From assembly GCA_037129895.1 (NCBI GenBank), contig JBAXUB010000004.1, forward strand, positions 60 through 64,059: 64,000 bases of DNA, in the 5' to 3' direction. Positions 9,723-19,093 of the stretch are shown here, in pieces. Under the pieces are notes generated by a model, which saw only the letters and a program-made list of their open reading frames with translations, was not told where the DNA came from and searched no databases. The first letter of the stretch is position 1. Each line of letters starts with the position of its first letter. Origin of the DNA: Candidatus Tayloriibacteriota bacterium (lineage in GTDB: Bacteria > Patescibacteriota > Minisyncoccia > Phycocordibacterales > PALSA-1337). The translations under genes and the position numbers were made by a program.

Positions 9723-10142
9723 TTAAGAGATAGGATACACTGAAATGAGGGACTTTTCTCTTTTTTGAGTTTTTTCCACGATTTGAACGACGAACTTCTC
9801 CATTTCTCTTGTCACACCATAAAAACGATAGAATGTTTCATCTTTTCGATTTGGGTTTGTTACAACCTCTGGTTTTGAGGTGGTATATATTAATAGATCT
9901 ATAGCACAATTATATAATGAAAGTCTTCTTATTCGGTCGGTCCAATTCTTTGAATCCAGATGTCCCCAGAAGTAATCGAGAAATATTTTTTCCTTATTGA
10001 AATATTTTGATCTAATATAGGGACGCCTCTTTGTTTTTGATGCAATTTTCTTATAAATAGCGTTAGCATGACGATATATTTCGGCTCCATTGGAACCGGG
10101 AAGTCTGGACTTTGAAGACTTGAATATCATTGGCATTAACAT
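9723..10142 (-). CDS. Basic hypothetical protein, possible RelE-like nuclease fold
   Basis: 139 aa, K/R-rich, ends in beta-strand-like FVVQI..LISVYP. The fold assignment is inference only. Confidence 0.5.
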   Translation of the reverse strand: MLMPMIFKSSKSRLPGSNGAEIYRHANAIYKKIASKTKRRPYIRSKYFNKEKIFLDYFWGHLDSKNWTDRIRRLSLYNCAIDLLIYTTSKPEVVTNPNRKDETFYRFYGVTREMEKFVVQIVEKTQKREKSLISVYPIS

Positions 10143-10212
10143 ACAATATCAAACACATGATAAAGAAATGATGAAATTTGTCTCAAGAAACGATAAAGAA
10201 ATGATTAAGACG

Positions 10213-10278
10213 CCTCGACACGTTGCAGAGGTCTGACCTCTGCAGCATAACGTCGAGTGTAGAGGTCTGACCTATGCA
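10213..10278. repeat. REP-like palindrome, copy 3
   Basis: ctcgac..tgcagaggtc-t-gacctctgca..gtcgag followed by a second agaggtctgacct. Confidence 0.8.
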
Positions 10279-10425
10279 AAAAATTTGCGCAAAAACTCGA
10301 CTTGTGTTAAGCTACTCCCACGCGCCTACAAAGCGTTTTATAAGCTATTAATAATTTATCTTTGGTTCTCATCGTTTGCTACTATCACGCGCATGCGATA
10401 GGACCCAAAGCACTAAAACAATAAT

Positions 10426-11613
10426 ATGGCCACAGAATTCAATCGTACAAAGCCGCACGTTAATGTTGGTACAATCGGACACATTGACCACGGGAAGTCT
10501 ACTTTGACAGCCGCTCTTTTGGCAGTTCAAGCCAAGAAAGGTCTAGCAAACGTCAAGGCTTATGCAGACATTACAAAGGGAGGAACAGTTCGTGATGCAA
10601 CAAAGACAGTTACTATTTCTTTGTCTCACGTAGAATATGAGTCTCCTACACGTCACTACGCTCACATCGACTGTCCAGGACACGCTGACTTTATCAAGAA
10701 CATGATTACTGGTGCCGCTCAAATGGACGGTGCTATCCTCGTGGTATCTGCTACAGACGGTGTTATGCCTCAGACACGTGAACACGTTCTATTGGCTTAC
10801 CAAGTTGGTGTTCCAAAGATCGTAGTATTTTTGAACAAGTGTGATCTAGTACCAGAAACAGACCTTATTGACCTTGTTGAGGAAGAGGTGCGTGAACTTC
10901 TCACAAAGAATAAGTTCGATGGAAAGAATATTCCAGTTATCCGTGGTTCAGCTTCGAATGCTCTAGCAGGTGATGCTGAATGGTCAAAGAAGATCGATGA
11001 GCTCATGAATGCTCTCGATACATATATCCCAACACCAGTTCGTGAGATCGACAAGCCATTCCTAATGCCTATCGAAGACATTTTCTCTATCGAAGGACGC
11101 GGAACTGTGGTTACAGGTCGTATCGAGCGCGGTATCATCAAAGTTGGTGAGGAAGTTGAGATCGTTGGCTTCAAAGATACATCAAAGACAGTCATCACAG
11201 GTATCGAGATGTTCAATAAGTCTTTGAAGGAAGGTATGGCAGGAGATAATGCTGGTCTACTATTGCGCGGTACAGGCAAGGATGATGTATCACGCGGTCA
11301 AGTTTTGGCCAAGGCAGGATCAGTCAAACCTCATACAGAATTCGAAGCTGAAGTTTACGTTTTGAAGAAAGAAGAGGGAGGTCGCCACACACCATTCTTC
11401 ACAGGTTACAAGCCTCAGTTCTATATCAGAACAACAGACGTAACAGGTGAGGTAACATTGCCAGAGAAGGTAGAAATGGTTATGCCAGGTGATACAGTTA
11501 CATTCAAAGTCAAACTCGTTGCTCCAGTCGCCCTCGAGGACAAGCAGCGTTTCGCAGTTCGTGAAGGTGGCAAGACAGTAGGTGCAGGAGTTGTAACAAA
11601 GATCGTCGCTTAG
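10426..11613 (+). CDS. tuf: Elongation factor Tu
   Basis: [37 protein letters not shown]. Confidence 0.98.
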   Translation: MATEFNRTKPHVNVGTIGHIDHGKSTLTAALLAVQAKKGLANVKAYADITKGGTVRDATKTVTISLSHVEYESPTRHYAHIDCPGHADFIKNMITGAAQMDGAILVVSATDGVMPQTREHVLLAYQVGVPKIVVFLNKCDLVPETDLIDLVEEEVRELLTKNKFDGKNIPVIRGSASNALAGDAEWSKKIDELMNALDTYIPTPVREIDKPFLMPIEDIFSIEGRGTVVTGRIERGIIKVGEEVEIVGFKDTSKTVITGIEMFNKSLKEGMAGDNAGLLLRGTGKDDVSRGQVLAKAGSVKPHTEFEAEVYVLKKEEGGRHTPFFTGYKPQFYIRTTDVTGEVTLPEKVEMVMPGDTVTFKVKLVAPVALEDKQRFAVREGGKTVGAGVVTKIVA

Positions 11614-11693
11614 TGAGATTGAAAATGTAAATATCAAAATAGAAAAGTGTTAGAACATTTTAAATTTTGAATTTTCATTTTTGCCTTAATATC

Positions 11694-12092
11694 ATGTCAA
11701 CAAAAGATACAATCAAAGACGAAGTAATCCCAAAGTCTGCCGTAAAGCGAGCCCCTCGCGTAAAGAAATCCAAAGCTGTAGGTGAGGCACCACATCTCCG
11801 GATTCGAGTGAGAGCTTATGAACACAAGATCTTGGACGCTTCATTGAAACAGATCATGGATACCGCCGCTCGATATGATGCGGAGATACATGGTCCAGTT
11901 CCACTACCGACTGAGATCAAGAAGTACACGGTTAACCGCTCCTCATTCATTGACAAGAATTCTAGAGAACAGTTCGAGATGAGGGTTCACAAGAGACTTA
12001 TCGATATTATCAACCCAAATCCGAAAGTTATCGAAGCGTTGACCAACTTGAGTTTGCCGTCCGGAGTGAATATAGATGTGAAGATGATGTAA
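11694..12092 (+). CDS. rpsJ: 30S ribosomal protein S10 (N-terminal extension)
   Basis: LRIRVRAYEHKILD, GPVPLPT, SREQFEMRVHKRLIDI. Confidence 0.97.
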   Translation: MSTKDTIKDEVIPKSAVKRAPRVKKSKAVGEAPHLRIRVRAYEHKILDASLKQIMDTAARYDAEIHGPVPLPTEIKKYTVNRSSFIDKNSREQFEMRVHKRLIDIINPNPKVIEALTNLSLPSGVNIDVKMM

Positions 12093-12124
12093 GCAATTGA
12101 AATAAATGATGAAAAGGGATTGAA

Positions 12125-12189
12125 GGGGACTTGTGAGCGCGACCGGCGCGAACACGAGGAATTTCCTAGCAAGGAAATATCCGTGCCCC
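12125..12189 (-). repeat. 65-nt structured core repeat, copy A (inverted)
   Basis: Reverse complement matches 35148-35212 and 39782-39846 with compensatory stem changes. Confidence 0.85.
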
Positions 12190-12227
12190 TCACATTCTTT
12201 TCCATCTTTTATTTTCACGAAAATACC

Positions 12228-12845
12228 ATGAAATTTATATTAGGAAGAAAACTCAATATGACACAGATCTACGATGCCTCAGGCAAGGCTGTTCCAGTAA
12301 CAGCAGTGCAGGTTCGAGGTAATACTGTAGTTCAAGTCCGTACAAAGGAAGCTGATGGTTATGAAGCTGTACAGATAGGTGAAGGTACACGCAATCCTGG
12401 CCGCATCGCAAAACCACAGAAGGGTCATTTCAAGGACCTAGGTTCTTTCGCATCAGTTTGTGAGTTCCGAATGGATGCACCAACACTCAAAGTTGGCGAC
12501 AAGATGGAACTTTCTCAATTCAAGCTCGGTGATAGTGTCGTAGTCAGTGCCATCTCCAAGGGTAAAGGTTTCCAAGGTGTAGTCAAGAGACATGGTTTCC
12601 ATGGAGGCCCTAGAACTCACGGTCAGAAGCACTCTGAACGCGAGCCAGGTTCTATCGGTGGAGGTCTACGCACACACGTACCAGTAGGTATGCGCATGGC
12701 CGGCAGAATGGGAAGTGATAGGGTTACGGTAAAGAACCTAACAGTTGCCCATATTGACCAAGAGGACTCAGTAATGTATGTTTCTGGAGCAATACCAGGA
12801 CATAGAGGGACATTAGTGGAGATAGTGTCAGAAGGTAAAATGTAG
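12228..12845 (+). CDS. rplC: 50S ribosomal protein L3
   Basis: GRKLNMTQ, SKGKGFQGVVKRHGF, GMRMAGRMG. Confidence 0.97.
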   Translation: MKFILGRKLNMTQIYDASGKAVPVTAVQVRGNTVVQVRTKEADGYEAVQIGEGTRNPGRIAKPQKGHFKDLGSFASVCEFRMDAPTLKVGDKMELSQFKLGDSVVVSAISKGKGFQGVVKRHGFHGGPRTHGQKHSEREPGSIGGGLRTHVPVGMRMAGRMGSDRVTVKNLTVAHIDQEDSVMYVSGAIPGHRGTLVEIVSEGKM

Positions 12846-12898
12846 AAGGTAAAATCAAAAATTTTCAATTTTAACCTTTCAATTTTAAATTAATTATC

Positions 12899-13564
12899 AT
12901 GGAATCAAAAATATACAATCAAACAGGTAAGCCGGTAGGCAGCATCAATCTTCCAGAAAGTATTTTTGGTGTGCCATGGAATGCAGACCTAGTACACGAA
13001 GTTGTTCGTCTCATGAATTCCAATTCAAGGACCAATATCGCTCATACAAAGACTCGCGGAGAAGTCCGTGGTGGAGGAAAGAAACCTTGGAAGCAGAAAG
13101 GTACAGGACGCGCACGTCACGGATCATCACGTTCTCCTATCTGGGTTGGTGGAGGAGTTGCTCACGGTCCTAGAAATGACAAGAATTTTGATCGTAAGAT
13201 CAACAAGAAGGCTCGTGCAAAGGCCTTGTACACTATCCTTTCTCGTAAATTCAAAGAAGGTGAAATATTATTCGTAGATTCATTCAATTTTGTAGCACCA
13301 AAGGCCTCTCAGGCAAAGAGTATACTCGGTTCGTTGGCTTCTATAAAAGGATTTGAGAAATTGTCTACAAAGAAGGCAAATACAGCTATCATCGCTATGG
13401 AAAAGAAGTCAAAGAACATAGAAAAGAGTTTTCAAAACTTTGGTAACGTAGCTGTTGAGGAATTCCGCAATATCAATCCAGTTTCAGTATTGAATCACAC
13501 ATATTTGATAGTAATGAATCCAGCCGAATCATTGAAAGCATTAACAGCAAAGACAGCAAAATAA
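12899..13564 (+). CDS. rplD: 50S ribosomal protein L4
   Basis: TRGEVRGGGKKPWKQKGTGRARHGS. Confidence 0.97.
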   Translation: MESKIYNQTGKPVGSINLPESIFGVPWNADLVHEVVRLMNSNSRTNIAHTKTRGEVRGGGKKPWKQKGTGRARHGSSRSPIWVGGGVAHGPRNDKNFDRKINKKARAKALYTILSRKFKEGEILFVDSFNFVAPKASQAKSILGSLASIKGFEKLSTKKANTAIIAMEKKSKNIEKSFQNFGNVAVEEFRNINPVSVLNHTYLIVMNPAESLKALTAKTAK

Positions 13565-13574
13565 TATCAATACC

Positions 13575-14060
13575 ATGGCTATATTTGGATTCAAAAAAAG
13601 AAAAGACGAGAAACTACAACAGTCAGCTGTTGCGACGAAGAATGTTGCAGCAAAGACTGCAAAGAAGCATGTCGTAGTCCCAAAGAAACAAGAGGGAGGC
13701 AAGAAAGAAGTGGTCAAGGAAGCTGATTCTAAGGTTCTCATAACCAAGCCTTCAAAGGCAGTTGTAGTACCTGTTAGTAGTTTCACTAACGTTTCTGGTG
13801 CTATAATCAGACCTCGAGTAACTGAGAAGTCGGGACTACTCAGTCAAGATGGCCGCTATACATTCGAGGTTCAAAAGGATTCAAACAAGAAATCTATATC
13901 CGACGCAGTCAATGCCCTATACAAAGTCAGACCTATTAAAGTCACAGTTATCAATACACCAACTAAGAATGTATTCGTAAAAGGTCGCAAAGGAACAGTC
14001 GCAGGCATAAGGAAAGCTATTGTGACTCTAAAGAAAGGGGACAAGATCGATTTCGTATAA
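13575..14060 (+). CDS. rplW: 50S ribosomal protein L23 with a long basic N-terminal extension
   Basis: IIRPRVTEKS..YTFEV..RKAIVTL core after about 75 extra residues. Confidence 0.93.
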   Translation: MAIFGFKKRKDEKLQQSAVATKNVAAKTAKKHVVVPKKQEGGKKEVVKEADSKVLITKPSKAVVVPVSSFTNVSGAIIRPRVTEKSGLLSQDGRYTFEVQKDSNKKSISDAVNALYKVRPIKVTVINTPTKNVFVKGRKGTVAGIRKAIVTLKKGDKIDFV

Positions 14061-14095
14061 TTTCCATTTAATTTTTCCATTTTACATTAACTACC

Positions 14096-14950
14096 ATGAA
14101 AACATACCGACCAACATCCAAATCACGCCGACATATGACGGTTTTGCCGTTCAAGGAATATGTTACAGCGAGTGAGCCACACAAGGCCCTAACTCAAGGC
14201 TTCAAGCGCGACATGGGTCGTAATGCATTTGGTCGTATCACCGTTCGTCACAAAGGTGGAGGTCACAAGAAACTCTATCGTATGATCGACTTCATATATG
14301 ACAAGAAGGACATAATCGCTACAGTAAAGACTGTTGAATACGATCCATTCCGAACAGGATATATCGGTATTGTTAATTACAAGGATGGAGCAAAGAGATA
14401 TGTCTTGCTTCCAAAGACTATGAAAGTTGGTAATTCATTCATAGTATCTGAGAATGCTCCTATCGAGACAGGTAACCGTTTACCTCTAAAGAAGATTCCA
14501 GTTGGTACATATATTTATAATATAGAGGTCAAGCCTGGTTCTGGTGCAAAGTTGGTTCGTTCTGCAGGATCATTCGCTCAGGTAGTTGCTAATGACGCAG
14601 GATATACTCACATCAAGATGCCTTCAACAGAAGTTCGTAAGATTCACGAGGATGCATGGGCTTCTATCGGTGCCGTATCGAATGAAGAGAATCGTCTAGT
14701 CAATATTGGTAAAGCCGGTCGTTCACGTTGGATGGGTATCCGTCCTACAGTTCGTGGTTCTGCTCAAAACCCTGTTGACCATCCATATGGTGGAGGAGAA
14801 CAGAGAAGTGGTCGCGGTCTACGCAGATTGAAAACTCGATGGGGCAAGCCAGCAGGTAAGGGTCAAAAGACTCGTCGTCCAAAGAAGTATTCAAACGTTT
14901 TCGTTGTTTCGAGACGTGTTCCAGGAAAGAATATGACAGCCGCTTCATAA
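14096..14950 (+). CDS. rplB: 50S ribosomal protein L2
   Basis: GRITVRHKGGGHK, RPTVRGSAQNPVDHPYGGGE. Confidence 0.97.
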   Translation: MKTYRPTSKSRRHMTVLPFKEYVTASEPHKALTQGFKRDMGRNAFGRITVRHKGGGHKKLYRMIDFIYDKKDIIATVKTVEYDPFRTGYIGIVNYKDGAKRYVLLPKTMKVGNSFIVSENAPIETGNRLPLKKIPVGTYIYNIEVKPGSGAKLVRSAGSFAQVVANDAGYTHIKMPSTEVRKIHEDAWASIGAVSNEENRLVNIGKAGRSRWMGIRPTVRGSAQNPVDHPYGGGEQRSGRGLRRLKTRWGKPAGKGQKTRRPKKYSNVFVVSRRVPGKNMTAAS

Positions 14951-14960
14951 TAGATACCAT

Positions 14961-14997
14961 AAAAAAACCGTTAGATACACATTCTAACGGTTTTTTT
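14961..14997. terminator. Bidirectional rho-independent terminator after rplB
   Basis: aaaaaaaccgttaga-tacacat-tctaacggttttttt. Confidence 0.8.
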
Positions 14998-15161
14998 GAT
15001 GTGTGGGTATTGTTGATAGAATGTATTCTCAAACGCGATATTTAGTATATACTTATGTAAATGTATAAACTATTCGTAAAGATGGGAAAAAGTGCAGTAA
15101 CACTAATAATGCGCCTCATACTTGGAAGATAGGCTATAGTTATTATTTTATAATATAGTCC

Positions 15162-15190
15162 TTGACTTCAAAGCACGGCTCTGTTAACAT
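15162..15190 (+). promoter_or_regulatory. Internal sigma70 promoter before rpsS
   Basis: TTGACT-17 bp-TAACAT with TG just upstream. Confidence 0.6.
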
Positions 15191-15229
15191 GGCTCATGAG
15201 TCCACAAGGGCTTATTTTATTCTATTTTT

Positions 15230-15580
15230 ATGTCACGATCACTTAAAAAAGGCCCATACGTCGAAGAGAGATTGCTACGCAAGATCTTGGGTAAAAAGCC
15301 TGCAACAGCTGGTACTATAAAGACATGGGCACGCCGCTCTCAAATCTCACCAGAAATGGTTGGCTTTACTTTTGGTGTACACAATGGCAAGGCACATATT
15401 GATGTATTTGTAACCGAGGATATGGTAGGACACCGCCTCGGTGAATTTTCGCCTACACGTAAGTTCGTACGCCATGGAGGTAAGATGCAAAAGGAGCTCG
15501 AAATGAAAGCCAAGGAAGCTGAGATGACAGCCGCCAAGTCTGCTAAGGAAGCCGCTACTGCCGTAGTTGCCAAAAAATAA
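15230..15580 (+). CDS. rpsS: 30S ribosomal protein S19
   Basis: [23 protein letters not shown]. Confidence 0.97.
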   Translation: MSRSLKKGPYVEERLLRKILGKKPATAGTIKTWARRSQISPEMVGFTFGVHNGKAHIDVFVTEDMVGHRLGEFSPTRKFVRHGGKMQKELEMKAKEAEMTAAKSAKEAATAVVAKK

Positions 15581-15589
15581 TACACTGCC

Positions 15590-16003
15590 ATGATCACCGC
15601 CTCATTAAAGAATTACAGAATAGCACCACGTAAAGTCCGTCTAGTTGCAGACATGATACGAGGCAAGAGTGTTATCCAAGCTGAAAATATCTTGGTTGGT
15701 GCAGTCAAGAAAGCAACAAACCCACTCGGCGATCTATTGGCGTCAGCAGTAGCCAATGCATCTCATAATTTCAAGATTGAGAAAGATGCACTTTTCGTAA
15801 AGGAGATCCGTGTTGATCAGGGATATGTTTTGAAGCGCAGCCAACCTATGGCACGAGGTTCAGCTTTTCCTATAAAGAAGAGAACGAGTCATGTCACATT
15901 GACACTCGCTCCTATAGAAGCAAAGGTAAAGAAGCAAGCAGGAAAGAACAAGAAGCAAGGAGAAGAGAGCAAGGCAAAAGCAGCAAAGGTTGCAAAGAAA
16001 TAA
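15590..16003 (+). CDS. rplV: 50S ribosomal protein L22
   Basis: APRKVRLVADMIRG, KRTSHVT. Confidence 0.96.
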   Translation: MITASLKNYRIAPRKVRLVADMIRGKSVIQAENILVGAVKKATNPLGDLLASAVANASHNFKIEKDALFVKEIRVDQGYVLKRSQPMARGSAFPIKKRTSHVTLTLAPIEAKVKKQAGKNKKQGEESKAKAAKVAKK

Positions 16004-16016
16004 TAAATTTACCAAA

Positions 16017-16694
16017 ATGTCACACACCGTACATCCATATTCACATAGACTAGGAATCATACGCGACTGGAAGAGCCGATGGTTTTCTTCTGATAAGCTA
16101 TATCGAACATCATTGAAAGGGGACCTCATCATTCGAGAATTCCTACAGAAAGAATTGCGTGCGAACTACGTTGGTGGTTTGGATATAGAGCGCAATCAGA
16201 AAGTTCTACGCGTTATAGTGAAGACTTCTCGCCCAGGTATGCTCATCGGCAAGTCTGGTGATGGAGTCGTCAAACTTCGCGAGAAAATATTGAAGCTATT
16301 ACGCAAAAACAAGGTTGAGCTAAAGAGTGTTGAACTCAAGCTCGACATAGAAGAGATCCGCAGTCCAGAATCGAATGCCGCTATAGCAGCTATGATGGTT
16401 GCAGAGTCACTAGAGAAGCGTCTACCATTCCGACGTGTTATGAAGCAGACAATCGAGAAGGTTATGGCCAATAGAGATGTAAAGGGTATCCGTATCCGTC
16501 TCGGAGGTCGTCTAGGTGGTGCGGAGATCGCACGCTCAGAAGAGCTCAAGAAAGGTCAAGTTCCACTTCAGACATTGCGTGCGGATATCGACTTTGCTCG
16601 TGAGAAGGCACACATGACTTATGGAGACATAGGTATCAAGGTTTGGATATATAAGGGTGAGATATTCAAGAAGGACCAAGTCGTAGCCAAGTAA
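16017..16694 (+). CDS. rpsC: 30S ribosomal protein S3
   Basis: HPYSHRLGI, GRLGGAEIARSE, PLQTLRADID. Confidence 0.97.
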   Translation: MSHTVHPYSHRLGIIRDWKSRWFSSDKLYRTSLKGDLIIREFLQKELRANYVGGLDIERNQKVLRVIVKTSRPGMLIGKSGDGVVKLREKILKLLRKNKVELKSVELKLDIEEIRSPESNAAIAAMMVAESLEKRLPFRRVMKQTIEKVMANRDVKGIRIRLGGRLGGAEIARSEELKKGQVPLQTLRADIDFAREKAHMTYGDIGIKVWIYKGEIFKKDQVVAK

Positions 16695-16730
16695 TTTCCA
16701 TTTTAACTTTTCAATTTTCATCAAACTACC

Positions 16731-17156
16731 ATGTTATTTCCTAAAAAAGTAAAACATCGCAAGTGGTTCACAATGCGTACTCATCCTGACAAGGAAATGT
16801 CGCACGCTGATACACGTGGAGTAAAATTGGCTTTCGGTTCTTTTGGATTGAAGGCTATGAAATATTCTCGTATCACATCTAACCAGATCGAAGCTGCTCG
16901 TAAGGTCATGGCACGCTATGCTACAAAGTCTGGAAAAGTTTGGATCAGAATTTTCCCGGATCATCCTTTTACACAGAAACCTGCAGAAGTGAAAATGGGA
17001 AAAGGAAAAGGTGATCCAGTTGGCTTTATCGCCGAGGTGAAGCCAGGTCGCATCATGTTCGAGATCGACGGAGTAGATGCAGTCGTTGCTGCAGAGGCAC
17101 TTCGTAAGGCGGGAACAAAGTTGCCAGTCAAGACAAAAGTAGTCTCGAGAATGTAA
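16731..17156 (+). CDS. rplP: 50S ribosomal protein L16
   Basis: QIEAAR, WIRIFPD, KMGKGKG. Confidence 0.97.
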   Translation: MLFPKKVKHRKWFTMRTHPDKEMSHADTRGVKLAFGSFGLKAMKYSRITSNQIEAARKVMARYATKSGKVWIRIFPDHPFTQKPAEVKMGKGKGDPVGFIAEVKPGRIMFEIDGVDAVVAAEALRKAGTKLPVKTKVVSRM

Positions 17157-17171
17157 TCAATACCAAATACC

Positions 17172-17378
17172 ATGAAAATGAAAGAAATCGTAAATAAGAA
17201 TAATTCAGACCTGAATCGTCTCATCACCGAGAAGAGAGAGGCTTTGAGAGCATTCAGATTTGGTTCTGCTGGCTCAAAGACAAAGAACGTCAAGGAAGGC
17301 CGAGGTATCAGGAAGGACATCGCACGCATAATGACGGAGCTAGCAAATGTAAAAGTAAAAATGGAAAATGGAAAATGA
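17172..17378 (+). CDS. rpmC: 50S ribosomal protein L29
   Basis: Operon position; RKDIARIMT. Confidence 0.92.
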   Translation: MKMKEIVNKNNSDLNRLITEKREALRAFRFGSAGSKTKNVKEGRGIRKDIARIMTELANVKVKMENGK

Positions 17379-17467
17379 TGGACTGGAATTGTATTTTCCA
17401 TTTTAATATTTCAATTTTACATTAACTATAGACAAACACAGATAAATCAAGTAATATCAAACCCCAC

Positions 17468-17725
17468 ATGACAACAATCAAAACAACTGAAAATACACCA
17501 AAACGCCAGACATTTTCCGGTGTTGTTGTATCTGACAAGATGAAGGATACTACCGTAGTTGTCGTAGAGAGATACATCAAGCATGCAAAGTATCACAAGT
17601 TTTCAACAAAGAGGACAAAGATCTTGGCTCATGACCCAGGTAATACAAAGAAGATAGGAGACAAGGCCACGGTTGAAGCATGCAGACCAATATCCAAGAG
17701 AAAGGCATTCAAGATAATCGCATAA
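17468..17725 (+). CDS. rpsQ: 30S ribosomal protein S17
   Basis: GVVVSDKMKDT, CRPISKRK. Confidence 0.96.
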   Translation: MTTIKTTENTPKRQTFSGVVVSDKMKDTTVVVVERYIKHAKYHKFSTKRTKILAHDPGNTKKIGDKATVEACRPISKRKAFKIIA

Positions 17726-17729
17726 TACC

Positions 17730-18101
17730 ATGATACAACCAAGAACGATCGTAAATATAGCAGACAATTCCGGAGCAAAGATCGGACGCATCTTCAAGGT
17801 ACTTGGTGCTACGAGAAAGCGCTATGCAGAGATCGGTGAGGTTGTCGTTCTATCAGTTCAGAAAGCAGAGCCTCGCAAGGCGATCAAGAAGAAAGACGTT
17901 TTGCATGCCGTAGTTGTCCGTCAAGTCAAACCTACACGACGTAAGGATGGTTCATATATACGTTTTGATGAGAATGCAGTCGTTATCATCGAAAAGGACA
18001 AGAAAGAACCAATCGCAGGACGTATATTCGGTCCTATACCTCGTGAAGTCGCCGAGGCAGGCTTCAAGACGATCGCTTCAAAGGCAGCTGAAATCGTATA
18101 A
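17730..18101 (+). CDS. rplN: 50S ribosomal protein L14
   Basis: ADNSGAK, IRFDENAVV, RIFGPIPRE. Confidence 0.97.
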   Translation: MIQPRTIVNIADNSGAKIGRIFKVLGATRKRYAEIGEVVVLSVQKAEPRKAIKKKDVLHAVVVRQVKPTRRKDGSYIRFDENAVVIIEKDKKEPIAGRIFGPIPREVAEAGFKTIASKAAEIV

Positions 18102-18151
18102 TATTGTAGCGAAATTTTCCATTTTAACTTTTAAATTTTCCACTTACTACC

Positions 18152-18370
18152 ATGCATATCAAAAAAGGAGACACAGTCAAAATACTTTCAGGCGACGACA
18201 AGGGTAAAACCGGCAAAGTTGTAAAGGCTTTTCCTGCAACGAACAAGATCATTGTCGAGAAGGTGAATACTGTAAAGAAGCATGAGCGAGCTCGCAAAGA
18301 AGGCCAGAAAGGTCAGACAGTCGAAGTCGCTATGCCATTCGATGCTTCAAAGGCAGTAAAGACTGCATAA
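18152..18370 (+). CDS. rplX: 50S ribosomal protein L24 (short, C-terminally reduced)
   Basis: IKKGDTVKILSGDDKGKTG KOW motif; 72 aa. Confidence 0.93.
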   Translation: MHIKKGDTVKILSGDDKGKTGKVVKAFPATNKIIVEKVNTVKKHERARKEGQKGQTVEVAMPFDASKAVKTA

Positions 18371-18406
18371 TTTTCCATTTTAACTTTTAAATTTAACATC
18401 AATACC

Positions 18407-18964
18407 ATGGCTTACAAATCCGTATACGAATTAAATAAAGATTCATTCAAGACATTGAAGGAACCATTGGGTCTCAAGAATCCAATGCAGACACCTCGCC
18501 TAGTCAAGGTAGTCATTTCTAGTGGTTTCGGTTCTGTGAAGGATAAAAAGAAGATCGAGATCATGGCAGACAGACTGGCTCGTATCACTGGCCAGAAGCC
18601 TGCTGTTCGTGTCACAAAGAAAGCTATAGCAACATTCAAGACTCGTGTTGGTGACCCTATCGGTTATCAGATCACACTTCGTGGTAAAAGGATGTGTGAA
18701 TTCTTGGATAGACTCATACACATTTCATTACCTCGAACAAAGGACTTCCGCGGCCTAGCCCGAACATCAGTTGATGCGATGGGGAACTACACGATCGGAG
18801 TGAAGGAACATACTATCTTCGCTGAGACTTCAGATGAAGACCTCAAGGATGTATTTGGTTTCGCTATCACTATCGTGACGACTTCGGATAACAAGAAATC
18901 GACATTGGCGTTTCTAGAATACTTGGGCATGCCTCTAAAGAAGGAAGGGGAGATAAAGAAATAG
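18407..18964 (+). CDS. rplE: 50S ribosomal protein L5
   Basis: ITGQKP, LPRTKDFRG, GNYTIGVKE. Confidence 0.97.
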   Translation: MAYKSVYELNKDSFKTLKEPLGLKNPMQTPRLVKVVISSGFGSVKDKKKIEIMADRLARITGQKPAVRVTKKAIATFKTRVGDPIGYQITLRGKRMCEFLDRLIHISLPRTKDFRGLARTSVDAMGNYTIGVKEHTIFAETSDEDLKDVFGFAITIVTTSDNKKSTLAFLEYLGMPLKKEGEIKK

Positions 18965-19010
18965 GTTTTGTAGGCTCTAAAAGTGAATATATATTGAGAA
19001 AACTAGGCCC

Positions 19011-19039
19011 TTGACAGCCTAGTTCTCGTATGCTATACT
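19011..19039 (+). promoter_or_regulatory. Sigma70 promoter with its -35 inside an inverted repeat (18996-19027)
   Basis: TTGACA-17 bp-TATACT with extended TG; arms aactaggc/gcctagtt. Confidence 0.7.
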
Positions 19040-19093
19040 TGTAATAGGTTCCTCATCCGGCGAAACATAATAAACCTCAAAAAAAGGAATAGA

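Noticed and set aside
7845-10278. CRISPR array or integron attC array
   Set aside because: The repeats are kilobases apart and irregular, no cas or integron integrase gene is in the window, and attC core sites are not evident.
12120-12227. N-terminal extension of L3, and ORFs 35129-35335 and 34992-35231
   Set aside because: These are translations of the 65-nt repeat element; the real rplC start is ATG 12228.
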